From NCBI GenBank assembly GCA_033763315.1, contig JANRKS010000032.1:160001-224000 (forward strand): 64,000 nt of DNA, in the 5' to 3' direction. The DNA comes from Deltaproteobacteria bacterium (GTDB taxonomy: Bacteria; Myxococcota_A; Polyangia; Fen-1088). The notes under the pieces are model-generated. The model was given only the letters and a program-made list of their open reading frames with translations. It made no database searches and was not told where the DNA came from. Below are positions 20,274 to 29,772 of the stretch, in pieces. How positions within the stretch are numbered: the first letter of the stretch is position 1; every line of letters begins with the position of its first letter. Both the position numbers and the translations under genes were made by a program.

Positions 20274-21994
20274 ACGGCGGCGCGATCGGGGGCGGGCGTG
20301 GCGCGTGTCACGTCGCCCTTGGTTAGCTGCGCTTGCACTTCGTTGGCGGGCAGCGGCTTGCTGAAGAAGAAGCCTTGCATCTCGTCAACGCCCAAGCCTT
20401 TGAGGCGCAGCCGTTGTTCGTCGGTTTCCACACCCTCGGCCACCGTTCGCAGACCCAACGCATGTGCGATCGCGATCATCGCCCGCACGATCGTCTCGGA
20501 ATTGTCATCGGTGCCCATGTCCATGACAAAGGAACGATCGATCTTAAGCGCGTCGACGCGGAAGCGCTTGAGGTACGCCAGCGATGAATAGCCGGTGCCG
20601 AAATCGTCGATCGCCAATTGAATGCCCATGCCGCGCAAACGCGCCAGGTGCTCACGGCAGTTGGAATCGCCCTGCATAAGCACGGCCTCCGTGATCTCCA
20701 ACTCTAGGTCCGAAGGCGCGACGCCTGTGCGCTGCAGAATTGCGTCGACGCAATCGACGCAACCCGCGTCGCGTAGCTGCACCGGCGAAAGGTTTACCGC
20801 CATACGCAGCCCCTTATAGCCCAGGTCTTGAAAGCGCCGCAGTTGCTTGCAGCTTTCCTCCAGCACCCAGGTTCCGATCTCTTGGATCACGCCGGTCTCT
20901 TCGGCGAGCGGAATGAACAGCGCGGGGCTGATGAGACCACGCTCGGTGTGCTTCCAGCGCACGAGGGCTTCGAGCCCAATCACCATGTTGCTGCCTGGAT
21001 CGATTTGCGGTTGATAAAACACCACCAATTCGTTGCGCTCCACGGCGTGCCGCAGGTCGGCCTCAAGCTCAAGCCGTGACGCCGCGTTGGCGTTCATGGC
21101 CGGATTGAAGATGCACAGACGGCGGCGTCCGTCGGCTTTCGCACGGTTCATCGCCGTGTCGGCGTTCTTCAGCAACGCATCGAAGTCTTCACCATCGCCC
21201 GGGTAAACGGCCACACCCATGCTGAACGTGACGAACACGCGCCTGTTGCCAGCCACCTCAATCGGGTGATCTTGCAACCGCAACACCTTCGCCGCGATGG
21301 AAGAAACGTTGTCTTCCGTTTGCAGGCCTGGAAGCACCAACACAAACTCATCGCCGCCAAAGCGCGCCACCGTATCCGATTTGCGCAAGCAGCCGCGCAG
21401 CTGTGTGGCGATCTTCTCTAAAAGCTCATCGCCAACCACGTGGCCAAGCGTGTCGTTCACCTTCTTGAAGTTGTCGACGTCCACGAACATGATGGCCACG
21501 CGCGTGTTGTCGCGTTGGGCGTGTGCCAGTTCCAAGCGGAGCCTATCGGTCAACAACACGCGGTTGGGCAGGCCCGTCACGGGGTCGTGAAATGCCAAGA
21601 AGCGCGCGGCCTCTTGAATGCGTTCCTTCTCGCGGAGCTCATGTGCCAAGCGCCGGCTCATATCCTTTAAGTGACCCACGCCCACGCCCACCACGACCCC
21701 TGAAAGGATCCCCGCAAAGCCGCGGGCCACAATATCCACCACGGGCAAATGTTCTTGCGCCGATGCGACCACCACATTGATGGCCGCGGTGACCACGGCC
21801 GCCAGCGCGCCCCACACAGGGCCGCGGTATGTGCCCACAAGAATGATGGAAAGAAAGGAGAGCAGGAACGCGCTTTCCCCCATGATCCGCGACAACGGCC
21901 AACATAGCGCGCCGTAGGCGACCACTGACGCAATGCAAAGCAAGGTGAGCGCGCGCGAAGGCGGTTCGGGAGGCGCGGTGGCCTCAAGGGACAC
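20270..21994 (-). CDS. membrane-bound diguanylate cyclase/phosphodiesterase (GGDEF-EAL)
   Basis: N-terminal TM helices; RKSD I-site then GGDEF; [25 protein letters not shown]; start uncertain. Confidence 0.93.
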   Translation of the reverse strand: MSLEATAPPEPPSRALTLLCIASVVAYGALCWPLSRIMGESAFLLSFLSIILVGTYRGPVWGALAAVVTAAINVVVASAQEHLPVVDIVARGFAGILSGVVVGVGVGHLKDMSRRLAHELREKERIQEAARFLAFHDPVTGLPNRVLLTDRLRLELAHAQRDNTRVAIMFVDVDNFKKVNDTLGHVVGDELLEKIATQLRGCLRKSDTVARFGGDEFVLVLPGLQTEDNVSSIAAKVLRLQDHPIEVAGNRRVFVTFSMGVAVYPGDGEDFDALLKNADTAMNRAKADGRRRLCIFNPAMNANAASRLELEADLRHAVERNELVVFYQPQIDPGSNMVIGLEALVRWKHTERGLISPALFIPLAEETGVIQEIGTWVLEESCKQLRRFQDLGYKGLRMAVNLSPVQLRDAGCVDCVDAILQRTGVAPSDLELEITEAVLMQGDSNCREHLARLRGMGIQLAIDDFGTGYSSLAYLKRFRVDALKIDRSFVMDMGTDDNSETIVRAMIAIAHALGLRTVAEGVETDEQRLRLKGLGVDEMQGFFFSKPLPANEVQAQLTKGDVTRATPAPDRAAV

Positions 21995-22209
21995 CGCCTG
22001 CGTCAAAGAGCCGCTAGTGATTCTCACAACAGGTGGGGCATCGGCATAAGCGGGGGCGGCATTGAGACAAGTCGGCGGGTCTGCGTGAAATCGCCTCACG
22101 TCGTCACGTTTGTGAAACGCACCGCCGCTTCGACGCCCGGCTGGGTCAGCGACAAAAAACGACACCTGATTACAATTGGATGACAATCGCCCAGGTACAT
22201 TTGCCGCCT

Positions 22210-23778
22210 ATGGACTTTTCAGGGGCGCTTATCGGGCTTTATCTGGGGATTTTTCTGTGTCTCGCGGTGTACGGCGTGCACCGTTCGCACCTCGTGATGC
22301 TGTTCTATAAGTTCAAGAACCGCCGTCCGCAGGTCACGACCCGTTATAAGGATCTGCCGGCCGTCACCGTGCAGCTGCCTTTGTTTAACGAGATGTACGT
22401 GGCCGAGCGCCTGCTGGACGCCGTGGCCGCCATCCGTTACCCGCGCGATCGCTTTCAGATCCAGGTGCTCGACGACTCCACCGACGAGACACGCGACATC
22501 TGCCGCCGCAAGGTGGATGCCTTGAAGGCCGAGCACCCCGAACTCGACATCGAATACATTCACCGCACCGACCGCACGGGCTTTAAGGCTGGCGCCTTGG
22601 ACAACGGCTTGCGCACCGCCAAGGGCGAGATGGTGATGATCTTCGACGCTGACTTTCTGCCCCAGCCCGAGGTTCTCGAACAAACCATCCATAACTTCTC
22701 GGATCCCCAGGTGGCCGTGGTGCAGTGCCGTTGGGAGCACGTGAACCGCGAGTTCTCTGCGCTCACCGAGGCGCAGGCTGTGATGTTGGACGGTCACTTC
22801 GTAATGGAGCACGCGGGCCGCGCGTGGTCGGGCCGCTTCTTCAATTTCAACGGCACCGCGGGCATCTGGCGCCGCGCCGCCATCGCGCAATCGGGCGGCT
22901 GGCAACACGACACGCTCACTGAAGACATGGACTTGTCCTACCGCGCGCAGCTGCGGGGCTGGAAGTTCATCTACATCCCCGAGGTGGCCACACCGGCTGA
23001 ACTGCCCGTGGAGATGTCCGCGTTCAAGTCGCAGCAGTTTCGATGGGCGAAGGGCTCCGTTCAGGTGGCGTGCAAGCTTTTGCCCACCATTTTGCGTTCA
23101 AACGCCACGTTCTCACAAAAGGCCGAGGCCTTCTTTCACCTCACCAACAACTTCGCCTATCCGTTGATCGTGTTGTTGTCGTTGTTGTTGCTGCCGAACT
23201 TGGCTTACCGCACCGAGCATGGTCTGCGCGAAGTGCTGCTGATCGATTTGCCGCTATTTTTCGGCACCACGATGAGCATTGCGTCCTTCTACATTTGCTC
23301 GCAAAAAGAAATCGCGCGCATGGAAGGCACGCGGCCTCTGTTGCGCATGTGGGCCGCGTTTCGTCAATTGCCCTTGGTGTTGTCGCTGGGCATCGGACTT
23401 TCGATCAACCAAACCCGCGCCGTGTTTGAGGCGGTGATGGGCCGTGAGACGGAGTTCGTGCGCACGCCAAAGCATGGCGTCAAGGGCAAGCTTGAATCAT
23501 GGACCACGAAGCGTTACCGCGGTGCCAAGTCCATCACCCCGTTCATCGAAGTGGCCATGGCGCTTTACTTCGCTGTCACGTTGATTGTGGCCATCGATCA
23601 CGGTCACTTTATCTCGGTGCCGTTCGTGTTCTTGTTCTTCTCGGGCTACGCCTACGTGGGTTTCACGTCGCTGTGGCAAGGCGCTTTTGGCCACGCCGTG
23701 CGCCGCTTGCCCGCGTTCATCAAAGAGTCCGTGTTTGGCGCCGAATCGAATGTTGTAACCGACCAGCGCGGCGCTTAA
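22210..23778 (+). CDS. GT2 processive glycosyltransferase (cellulose-synthase-like)
   Basis: DDSTD, KAG, FDAD, TED, QQFRW motifs; C-terminal TM helices; no PilZ domain evident. Confidence 0.92.
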   Translation: MDFSGALIGLYLGIFLCLAVYGVHRSHLVMLFYKFKNRRPQVTTRYKDLPAVTVQLPLFNEMYVAERLLDAVAAIRYPRDRFQIQVLDDSTDETRDICRRKVDALKAEHPELDIEYIHRTDRTGFKAGALDNGLRTAKGEMVMIFDADFLPQPEVLEQTIHNFSDPQVAVVQCRWEHVNREFSALTEAQAVMLDGHFVMEHAGRAWSGRFFNFNGTAGIWRRAAIAQSGGWQHDTLTEDMDLSYRAQLRGWKFIYIPEVATPAELPVEMSAFKSQQFRWAKGSVQVACKLLPTILRSNATFSQKAEAFFHLTNNFAYPLIVLLSLLLLPNLAYRTEHGLREVLLIDLPLFFGTTMSIASFYICSQKEIARMEGTRPLLRMWAAFRQLPLVLSLGIGLSINQTRAVFEAVMGRETEFVRTPKHGVKGKLESWTTKRYRGAKSITPFIEVAMALYFAVTLIVAIDHGHFISVPFVFLFFSGYAYVGFTSLWQGAFGHAVRRLPAFIKESVFGAESNVVTDQRGA

Positions 23779-23812
23779 ACGAGGCGCTTCATCGCCGCCG
23801 GCCCGGGCCCGC

Positions 23813-24313
23813 TCACGGTTGACTTGGTTCAACCGGTTGACTGGCCCCGGCGTCGGCGGTTTCGCTTTTGGCGCTTTCAGGCACCAACGGAAACCGATCG
23901 CCGCGCAACCGGCGTTGGCTTGTGACGCGCCAGTCGCCGCCCACGATCTCCCAGGTCTGTTCCACCGACGTCTTGCGAATCACCGGATCGCGCTTGGTGT
24001 ACCACTCAAAGTGCGCCACGGTTTTCGCTTTGACAGGTGGCTGGTCGAACTTGATCGATGTCATTTCGTGATCAGCTATCACCAATTCATCTTCCACGAG
24101 GTCGGCACGTTTTAAGAACCGAAGGCCCTCGGTGGCCTCGAAATAACCGGCCGCCGTGTCGTAGCGGGCCCAACGAATGTCGTTGTTGAACTCGCGTGAA
24201 CTGCGCAAAAGCTGATCCTGTTTTTGCTGCCCAGGCGAGATGCAAGCTTGCGTCGAGGCCAACACACCGGCGGCCAACCCACCTCGCAACACGCGTCGTC
24301 GATCGTTGTTCAT
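23813..24313 (-). CDS. hypothetical lipoprotein (possible Tat signal)
   Basis: RRRVL, hydrophobic stretch, TQAC lipobox-like. Confidence 0.7.
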   Translation of the reverse strand: MNNDRRRVLRGGLAAGVLASTQACISPGQQKQDQLLRSSREFNNDIRWARYDTAAGYFEATEGLRFLKRADLVEDELVIADHEMTSIKFDQPPVKAKTVAHFEWYTKRDPVIRKTSVEQTWEIVGGDWRVTSQRRLRGDRFPLVPESAKSETADAGASQPVEPSQP

Positions 24314-24318
24314 GAGGC

Positions 24319-25251
24319 TTATTCCGATGTGGCTGATGTTGTGGGGGGTGGCTGGGGCTCGCCGTGCACGGCGCCCACCACGCGTTCGATGCCCGCCAAG
24401 TCTTTTAGAACAAACGGCGATGTGAACCCCGCTTTTTCGCACAATTCGGCTACTGACCCCGCCTGGCCTTGCCCCAGTTCAAGCAGCACCATGCCCCCGG
24501 GGCACAGCCATGCAGGTGCCTGTGACAGCAGCGTGCGGATGAGATCCAGTCCATCGGCGCCTCCGTCCAAGGCGCTCAAGGGCTCTCGACGCACTTCGGG
24601 CGCCAGCGCGGCAATGTCTGCCGTGGGAATGTACGGCAGGTTGGCCAGGATCAAATCGAATGGCTGTGGCTCTGCCTTATCAGCTAGCGGCGCCAGCAGA
24701 TCGCCTTGCAGGAACGATACGCTTACCTGGTTCCGTGCCGCATTTTCTTGGGCCACCACCAGTGCGGCTTCGTGTTTATCGATGGCCACCACCTGCGCCA
24801 GCGGCCGGGCCTTGGCCACGCTGATCGCGATCGCGCCCGATCCTGTGCCCACGTCCAACACACGGCGTGCTTCGTCTTTGGGCAAGCGTTCAAGCGCCGC
24901 TTCCACCAGCGTCTCCGTATCAGGGCGGGGCACCAAAACGTTGGCGTTCACTTTGAAAGGCAGCCCCCAAAATTCCTTTTCACCGGTAATGTAAGCCACT
25001 GATTCGCCTTCTTGGCGTCGGCGCACCACCTCACGGATCTGGGTCAGCTGTTCCGCCGTCAGCAGGTCGGTTGATCGCGTGTAAAGCTCGATGCGTTTGG
25101 CGCCAAGGGCGTGCGCGATCAACAGCTCGGCGTCAAGCCGAGGCGAGGCCAGGCCACGTTCAGCAAACCGCTGCGTGGTCCACCCCAGAACTTCTAGGAT
25201 GGTCCAGTCGCGGCGTCGCTGTGATGAAGGTTCAGACACGGCCGGCATCAT
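24319..25251 (-). CDS. prmC: release factor glutamine methyltransferase
   Basis: RLDAELL, YITGEKEFWG, VLVPRPDTE, LDVGTGSGAI, NLPY; true start may be GTG 25239. Confidence 0.95.
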   Translation of the reverse strand: MMPAVSEPSSQRRRDWTILEVLGWTTQRFAERGLASPRLDAELLIAHALGAKRIELYTRSTDLLTAEQLTQIREVVRRRQEGESVAYITGEKEFWGLPFKVNANVLVPRPDTETLVEAALERLPKDEARRVLDVGTGSGAIAISVAKARPLAQVVAIDKHEAALVVAQENAARNQVSVSFLQGDLLAPLADKAEPQPFDLILANLPYIPTADIAALAPEVRREPLSALDGGADGLDLIRTLLSQAPAWLCPGGMVLLELGQGQAGSVAELCEKAGFTSPFVLKDLAGIERVVGAVHGEPQPPPTTSATSE

Positions 25252-25430
25252 GCACTTGTGCGGCCCGCAGGGGGAAGTCCCGGTGGATGCAAATCCTCAC
25301 GTAACCGGCGCCGCAAAACCTTGGGCTTGCGCTGGTATGGGCGCATTTTCTCCTGGCGCAACGCAGCGGAGGCCGCGCTCAAGGGCATTTCGCTTTTTAG
25401 GCCGATGGCATTTGGGGACTGCCACGAAGT

Positions 25431-26321
25431 TTACGGACGCTTCACGTCACAGTTCTGGTGCAGAAAGTTGATCGATTCTTCTGCCAAGAGTTCCTCGGTC
25501 TCAAACGTTCGCCGCCAAATGCACGTTGCAGCGGCGAGGTCGGGCAACCGCATACCGAAAGCTTCTACGGTCAGCCAACCGCTGTACCCTAGCGTTCTTA
25601 AGGCCGAAAATGTTTTGGACCAATGAACTTGGCCGCGACCCGGTATGCCCCGATCCGATTCCGAAATGTGAACGTGTGCAAGCCTGGGTGCGGCTTTGGC
25701 TATCGCGCGAGCGACGTCCTGTTCCTCAATGTGTGCGTGAAACGTGTCATACATCAGGCGGCAATTTGGGTGGTTTACGTCTTCTACAAACCGCAGGCCA
25801 TCCGCGACCGTGTTGAACAAGTAAGACTCGAAACGGTTCAGTGGTTCATATGCCAAAACCACATTGGCTTCTTGTGCAACTTCACACGCCGCACGTGCTG
25901 ATTCTGTGGCCCACCGCCATTCGTTCGCGTTTGCGGGTCGACCAACAACGCCCAACGCGGCTTGCTGGGGGCCCACCAATAAGCGTGCTCCAAGGCAAGC
26001 GCACGATTCGATGATCGCAGCCAGGTGTTCGTGGCCGGCGGCGCGAACCCCTGCGTCGGAAGAAATGGGATCAAATTCAGGGCGCCGAATCGAAACCACT
26101 GTGCGCTCGAGGCCCAAGTTGTCGAGGTGTTGCCCAAGACGTTTGTAGGCCTTTTCATCGGGATCGAGGACCGGTACTTCGACGCCATCGTATCCCATGG
26201 ATTTGATGCGTTCAAACAAAGGCAAGTACGTCTCGCCGCGAACATCCGTTGCCCACAAAAGCAAGTTCAAGCCGAACTTCGGTGTGGTCCCAGCACCACG
26301 CAACAGATCACTGCTAGCCAT
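25431..26321 (-). CDS. sugar phosphate isomerase/epimerase (D-psicose/D-tagatose 3-epimerase-like)
   Basis: GYDGVE, EPLNRFE, DTFHAHIEE, HVHISESDRGIPG, EAF. Confidence 0.88.
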   Translation of the reverse strand: MASSDLLRGAGTTPKFGLNLLLWATDVRGETYLPLFERIKSMGYDGVEVPVLDPDEKAYKRLGQHLDNLGLERTVVSIRRPEFDPISSDAGVRAAGHEHLAAIIESCACLGARLLVGPQQAALGVVGRPANANEWRWATESARAACEVAQEANVVLAYEPLNRFESYLFNTVADGLRFVEDVNHPNCRLMYDTFHAHIEEQDVARAIAKAAPRLAHVHISESDRGIPGRGQVHWSKTFSALRTLGYSGWLTVEAFGMRLPDLAAATCIWRRTFETEELLAEESINFLHQNCDVKRP

Positions 26322-26330
26322 GCTGTGCTG

Positions 26331-26487
26331 TTAGCGCACTTGGGGAGCCAAGACGCTGGTTTACTGCGCATTACCTTCAGCGCAAAATACTTAGAACACC
26401 TCGTTGAAGCAGAGACTTCAAGTGAGGCGCTCATGCGAGCGGCGTGGGTTGTCGAGCCAACCCAGCCCCGTTTTTCCAGTGCGCTAA
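26331..26487. repeat. 157-bp intergenic element bounded by 10-bp inverted repeats, multi-hairpin
   Basis: TTAGCGCACT (26331-26340) and AGTGCGCTAA (26478-26487), with several internal stem-loops. Confidence 0.5.
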
Positions 26488-27872
26488 AGCGCTGCCAATC
26501 CACCTGTGCCAACGCGCGCGTCACCCACCGTTTCAACCTTGGCCCCGAAAACGTTGGCAATGGAAGTCAACACTCGGTTGTGCGGAACGGGCTTTGCCCC
26601 GGTGCGCACATTCAAGTAACGTCCGGTTTTGATTGCTCCGCCTGCGCTGCCAAACGTCATCCAAGGCAAATGGTCAACGCTGTGGTTACCGCGGCCTACG
26701 TCCTGTATCCATAAGACAAGGCTGTGGTCGAGCAAGCTCTTGCCATCTGCCTCTTTCACTTCGTCTAGGTAGCCTAGTAGAGATGCGAGAACCTCTGTTT
26801 GCTTGGTGAAGAACGCCTTGATCAGGGCGATGGCACCTGGATCGCGAATGTTGCCGTTAAGGCCATCGGTTTGGTGTGCAAGATCGTGCAAGTCACTAGT
26901 GCCGTACGCGTTCTTCGTATACCCGTAGGCGTCGGGCGCTAACTCGCCCGTGTTCACCACCGCAACACGGGTCAAATCGCAGGCAAAAGCGGCTTGCAGA
27001 TTCCGTAGCTGTGCGTCCATCCGAGGCATCTGGTATTCAGCACCGTCCCCTCCCCAAGGGTTGTGAGGTGTTGTGCCGTAACGCGGATAGGCGGCCACCG
27101 CCTTTTGCGCTGCGGATGTGGAACACGATTTGACAGTGGTTAGACCTAAGCGCATCTCAAGATCGCGAACCGCCTGCGCATGTTGCTCAAGCCGCATTCG
27201 ATCGTCTTTTGGTAAGCGCGCGGCAACTTGCGACATCTCCTTCGCCGAAAAATTGAGTACACTCGCGTCTTGGGCTTGCGATGTATCTGTGCTCGGCTGA
27301 CCAACTGGCTTGGGAAATAGCTTCTTGTAAACCTGTTCGGGATCTCCATCGTTAGAAACGCTCTGACGTGCGCCATACCAGGAAACGGCTGGGCCATCTG
27401 AATTCCGGGAGAGTGACAAAGACGGAATTTTCGTTTGGGGAGACGGCGAGTTAATGGTTTTGACCACAATCTGGTCTAACGAGGGTCCGCCCGCAGCCGC
27501 GGGCCCCGGATCGACCATAGGCATGCCTGTCAACATGTGACACTGTGCCTGCATGTGCGCGTTGCCGCCCGGACCTGTTTGATAGGGGATTGTTTGGATA
27601 CTCAAGCCGTCAAGCACATTCACACGACTGATGAACGGCGTGAGCGAGGCGTGCATGCTGCCGAACTGAAACTTATCCTGGGTCGGTGCGGGAGCTCCGT
27701 TGACGCCCACAGGACGCCACTCAGGCTGATACGTCCCGTGATCCGTACAAAATATGATCAGCCGCTTTGGAATGCCCATCTGCTGTGCCTGTACTCTCCG
27801 TATGTCAGGCAAGAGGAAAGCGGCGGGTGAAAGCGCAAGAGAACTCAACAAACGGCGACGCGTTTTGTCCAT
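26484..27872 (-). CDS. DUF1552-family protein (Tat signal)
   Basis: TRRRLL signal, PKRLIIF, GPSLDQ, AFACDLTRV, H..AH, LLDHSLV; downstream of a DUF1592 gene. Confidence 0.88.
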   Translation of the reverse strand: MDKTRRRLLSSLALSPAAFLLPDIRRVQAQQMGIPKRLIIFCTDHGTYQPEWRPVGVNGAPAPTQDKFQFGSMHASLTPFISRVNVLDGLSIQTIPYQTGPGGNAHMQAQCHMLTGMPMVDPGPAAAGGPSLDQIVVKTINSPSPQTKIPSLSLSRNSDGPAVSWYGARQSVSNDGDPEQVYKKLFPKPVGQPSTDTSQAQDASVLNFSAKEMSQVAARLPKDDRMRLEQHAQAVRDLEMRLGLTTVKSCSTSAAQKAVAAYPRYGTTPHNPWGGDGAEYQMPRMDAQLRNLQAAFACDLTRVAVVNTGELAPDAYGYTKNAYGTSDLHDLAHQTDGLNGNIRDPGAIALIKAFFTKQTEVLASLLGYLDEVKEADGKSLLDHSLVLWIQDVGRGNHSVDHLPWMTFGSAGGAIKTGRYLNVRTGAKPVPHNRVLTSIANVFGAKVETVGDARVGTGGLAAL

Positions 27873-27882
27873 GGGTGTTTCC

Positions 27883-29571
27883 TTATTCAGCTTGCGCTTG
27901 GCGGATACGAAACAAAGGGCTCGTCGCAATGGCGGCCAGTAGTTCTTTGAAGTTCTTGCCGGAGCCATCGAATCGCTTCACGATGGGGAACAGTGAACAC
28001 TCGTCGAGTTGTGTGAATGAGGTCGCAGCCGCGTAAGCGGCCCACTGGCCAGCGATGCAGTCGCGGACGGCAGGACTATCTGCAAGTCGCTCTGACAACT
28101 GAACCGCGCCGTCAAACGGCTCTGCGATAAGCTCGGGAACGGCACCTTTGGCGTTGATCTCTGCGCCGTTCTCCTGCGTGCGAAAACGCCCCAGCGCATC
28201 GTAGTGCTCGAACGCAAACCCAACGCCGTCAATCGCTTCGTGGCAGCCGGCACAGGATGGCCCTATATGCGAGAACTCGAACTTGTCGCGCGTTGTCTCT
28301 ATCTTACGAGTGGTACCTTCCCCCGAGGTAACCGCACCCGCAGGAGGCGGAGGCGGCGCGGAACAAAGCAGGCGGTCGAGTACGAATACCCCGCGAAGGA
28401 CCGGCGCGCTCACGTCTTCGTGAGCGAGAGCTGCCATCAAGCCTGGATGAGTCAGAATTCCAGCGCGTTGGGTTTGGTCCACATCCACGAGGGTCATGGA
28501 CGCTGTACCTTGACCCGCGCCTACGAGGTCCGCGATGTCGCGGTTCACAAAGGTCCTTGGCTCCATCAACAAAGCCTGCAGTGTTTCGGCTTCCCAAAAC
28601 GCATGATCCACAAAGCTGCGCGCCGACGCTTGTAGCGACGTGGCCATTTGAGGTCCAAAACTTGGAAATAGCGTCGCGTCTTTCTTGATCGTCGCAATCT
28701 TCCCCAGTCCTAACCATTGCTCGGTGAAGTGCTCCACGGCTTGTTTGGCGCGAGCGTCGGACAGCATGCGCTTGATCTGCTGATTCAAGACGTCCTGGTT
28801 CAGGAGTTCTTTGGACTCGGCCTTCGAGAAAAGCTCGTCATCAGGCATCGAATCCCACAGGAAGTACGAGAGGCGGCTGGCCAACTCCCACGCGTTGAGC
28901 GCGGTCGTTGGTTCTTCACTGCCCGGGGCTTCCACGCGAAACAGAAATTGTGGCGAGAGCAAAAGCACCTCGACCAGCATCCGCGCCGCAGTCGATGCCC
29001 CAAACTTGCCCACGGAGGCATCGTAGAAGGCAAGGTAACGATCACGTTCACCGTCTTCCAAGGGGCGACGGAACGCACGCTTGCCAAACTCAGACACAAG
29101 CGTGGTGGCACACGTTTTACCTCCGGTGAGAGGCGCGCAACCAATCCATCCCTGCGGATTGGCGAGGGCGGCAGTGGCAATGGCTTTGGCGTTGCTTTTG
29201 AGCGCCTCTACAATGTCGGCGCTAGCCGTTTGAGCCGGCGCAAAGGCATCGTACGAACCTTCCTTGTGCTCCGAGGGCATCGCACTTTGCGGCAGAGATA
29301 CGCCAACAAACAGGTCGCGGATCGTTCGTTCGTACTCGAATTTTGTGAGCCTGGCCAAGGGCGTGGATGCCCTGCCATCACTGTGACATTTCGCATCCAG
29401 CACTCCGTTGCCCTTGCTGGAAGGCTTCACAAAACCGGTGCCGCCATCATCGTCGTCAGCCGGATGTTGCTCGCTCTCGCCAAAGGCTTCGATGTTTCCG
29501 GTACAAGCCGCAAACGAAAGCGTCACGGCCGACAATCCCACCACCGCTGCAGCGCGGACGTAAATGAGCAT
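27883..29571 (-). CDS. DUF1587/1595/1592/1588/1585 (PSCyt-type) lipoprotein
   Basis: Lipobox FAAC; RLTKFEY..TIRDL; RAFRRP; ELASRLSYFLW.SMPD; CAGCH; AGGAG SD before ATG 29571. Confidence 0.9.
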   Translation of the reverse strand: MLIYVRAAAVVGLSAVTLSFAACTGNIEAFGESEQHPADDDDGGTGFVKPSSKGNGVLDAKCHSDGRASTPLARLTKFEYERTIRDLFVGVSLPQSAMPSEHKEGSYDAFAPAQTASADIVEALKSNAKAIATAALANPQGWIGCAPLTGGKTCATTLVSEFGKRAFRRPLEDGERDRYLAFYDASVGKFGASTAARMLVEVLLLSPQFLFRVEAPGSEEPTTALNAWELASRLSYFLWDSMPDDELFSKAESKELLNQDVLNQQIKRMLSDARAKQAVEHFTEQWLGLGKIATIKKDATLFPSFGPQMATSLQASARSFVDHAFWEAETLQALLMEPRTFVNRDIADLVGAGQGTASMTLVDVDQTQRAGILTHPGLMAALAHEDVSAPVLRGVFVLDRLLCSAPPPPPAGAVTSGEGTTRKIETTRDKFEFSHIGPSCAGCHEAIDGVGFAFEHYDALGRFRTQENGAEINAKGAVPELIAEPFDGAVQLSERLADSPAVRDCIAGQWAAYAAATSFTQLDECSLFPIVKRFDGSGKNFKELLAAIATSPLFRIRQAQAE

Positions 29572-29772
29572 GACTTTGGAACTCCTAGTCAACGTAGCCT
29601 CGGAAAAGCCGCGACCCCGTGGCTTACTCTGCTGCTAAAGACGCGCTTCTGCAGGGGCGGCGCACCCACACATTTGTGCATCAAATGCTTAGTCGGCGCC
29701 TTTTGGTGGGTCTTGCTAACCGTCGACGCGGGTCGCATGACGGGGCTTCGCGTGCCACCACACACGTGACTG

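Noticed and set aside
26331-26487. GTTAGCGC/GCGCTAA ends as an attC site
   Set aside because: Core sites are in the wrong order on both strands; kept only as a structured-element finding.
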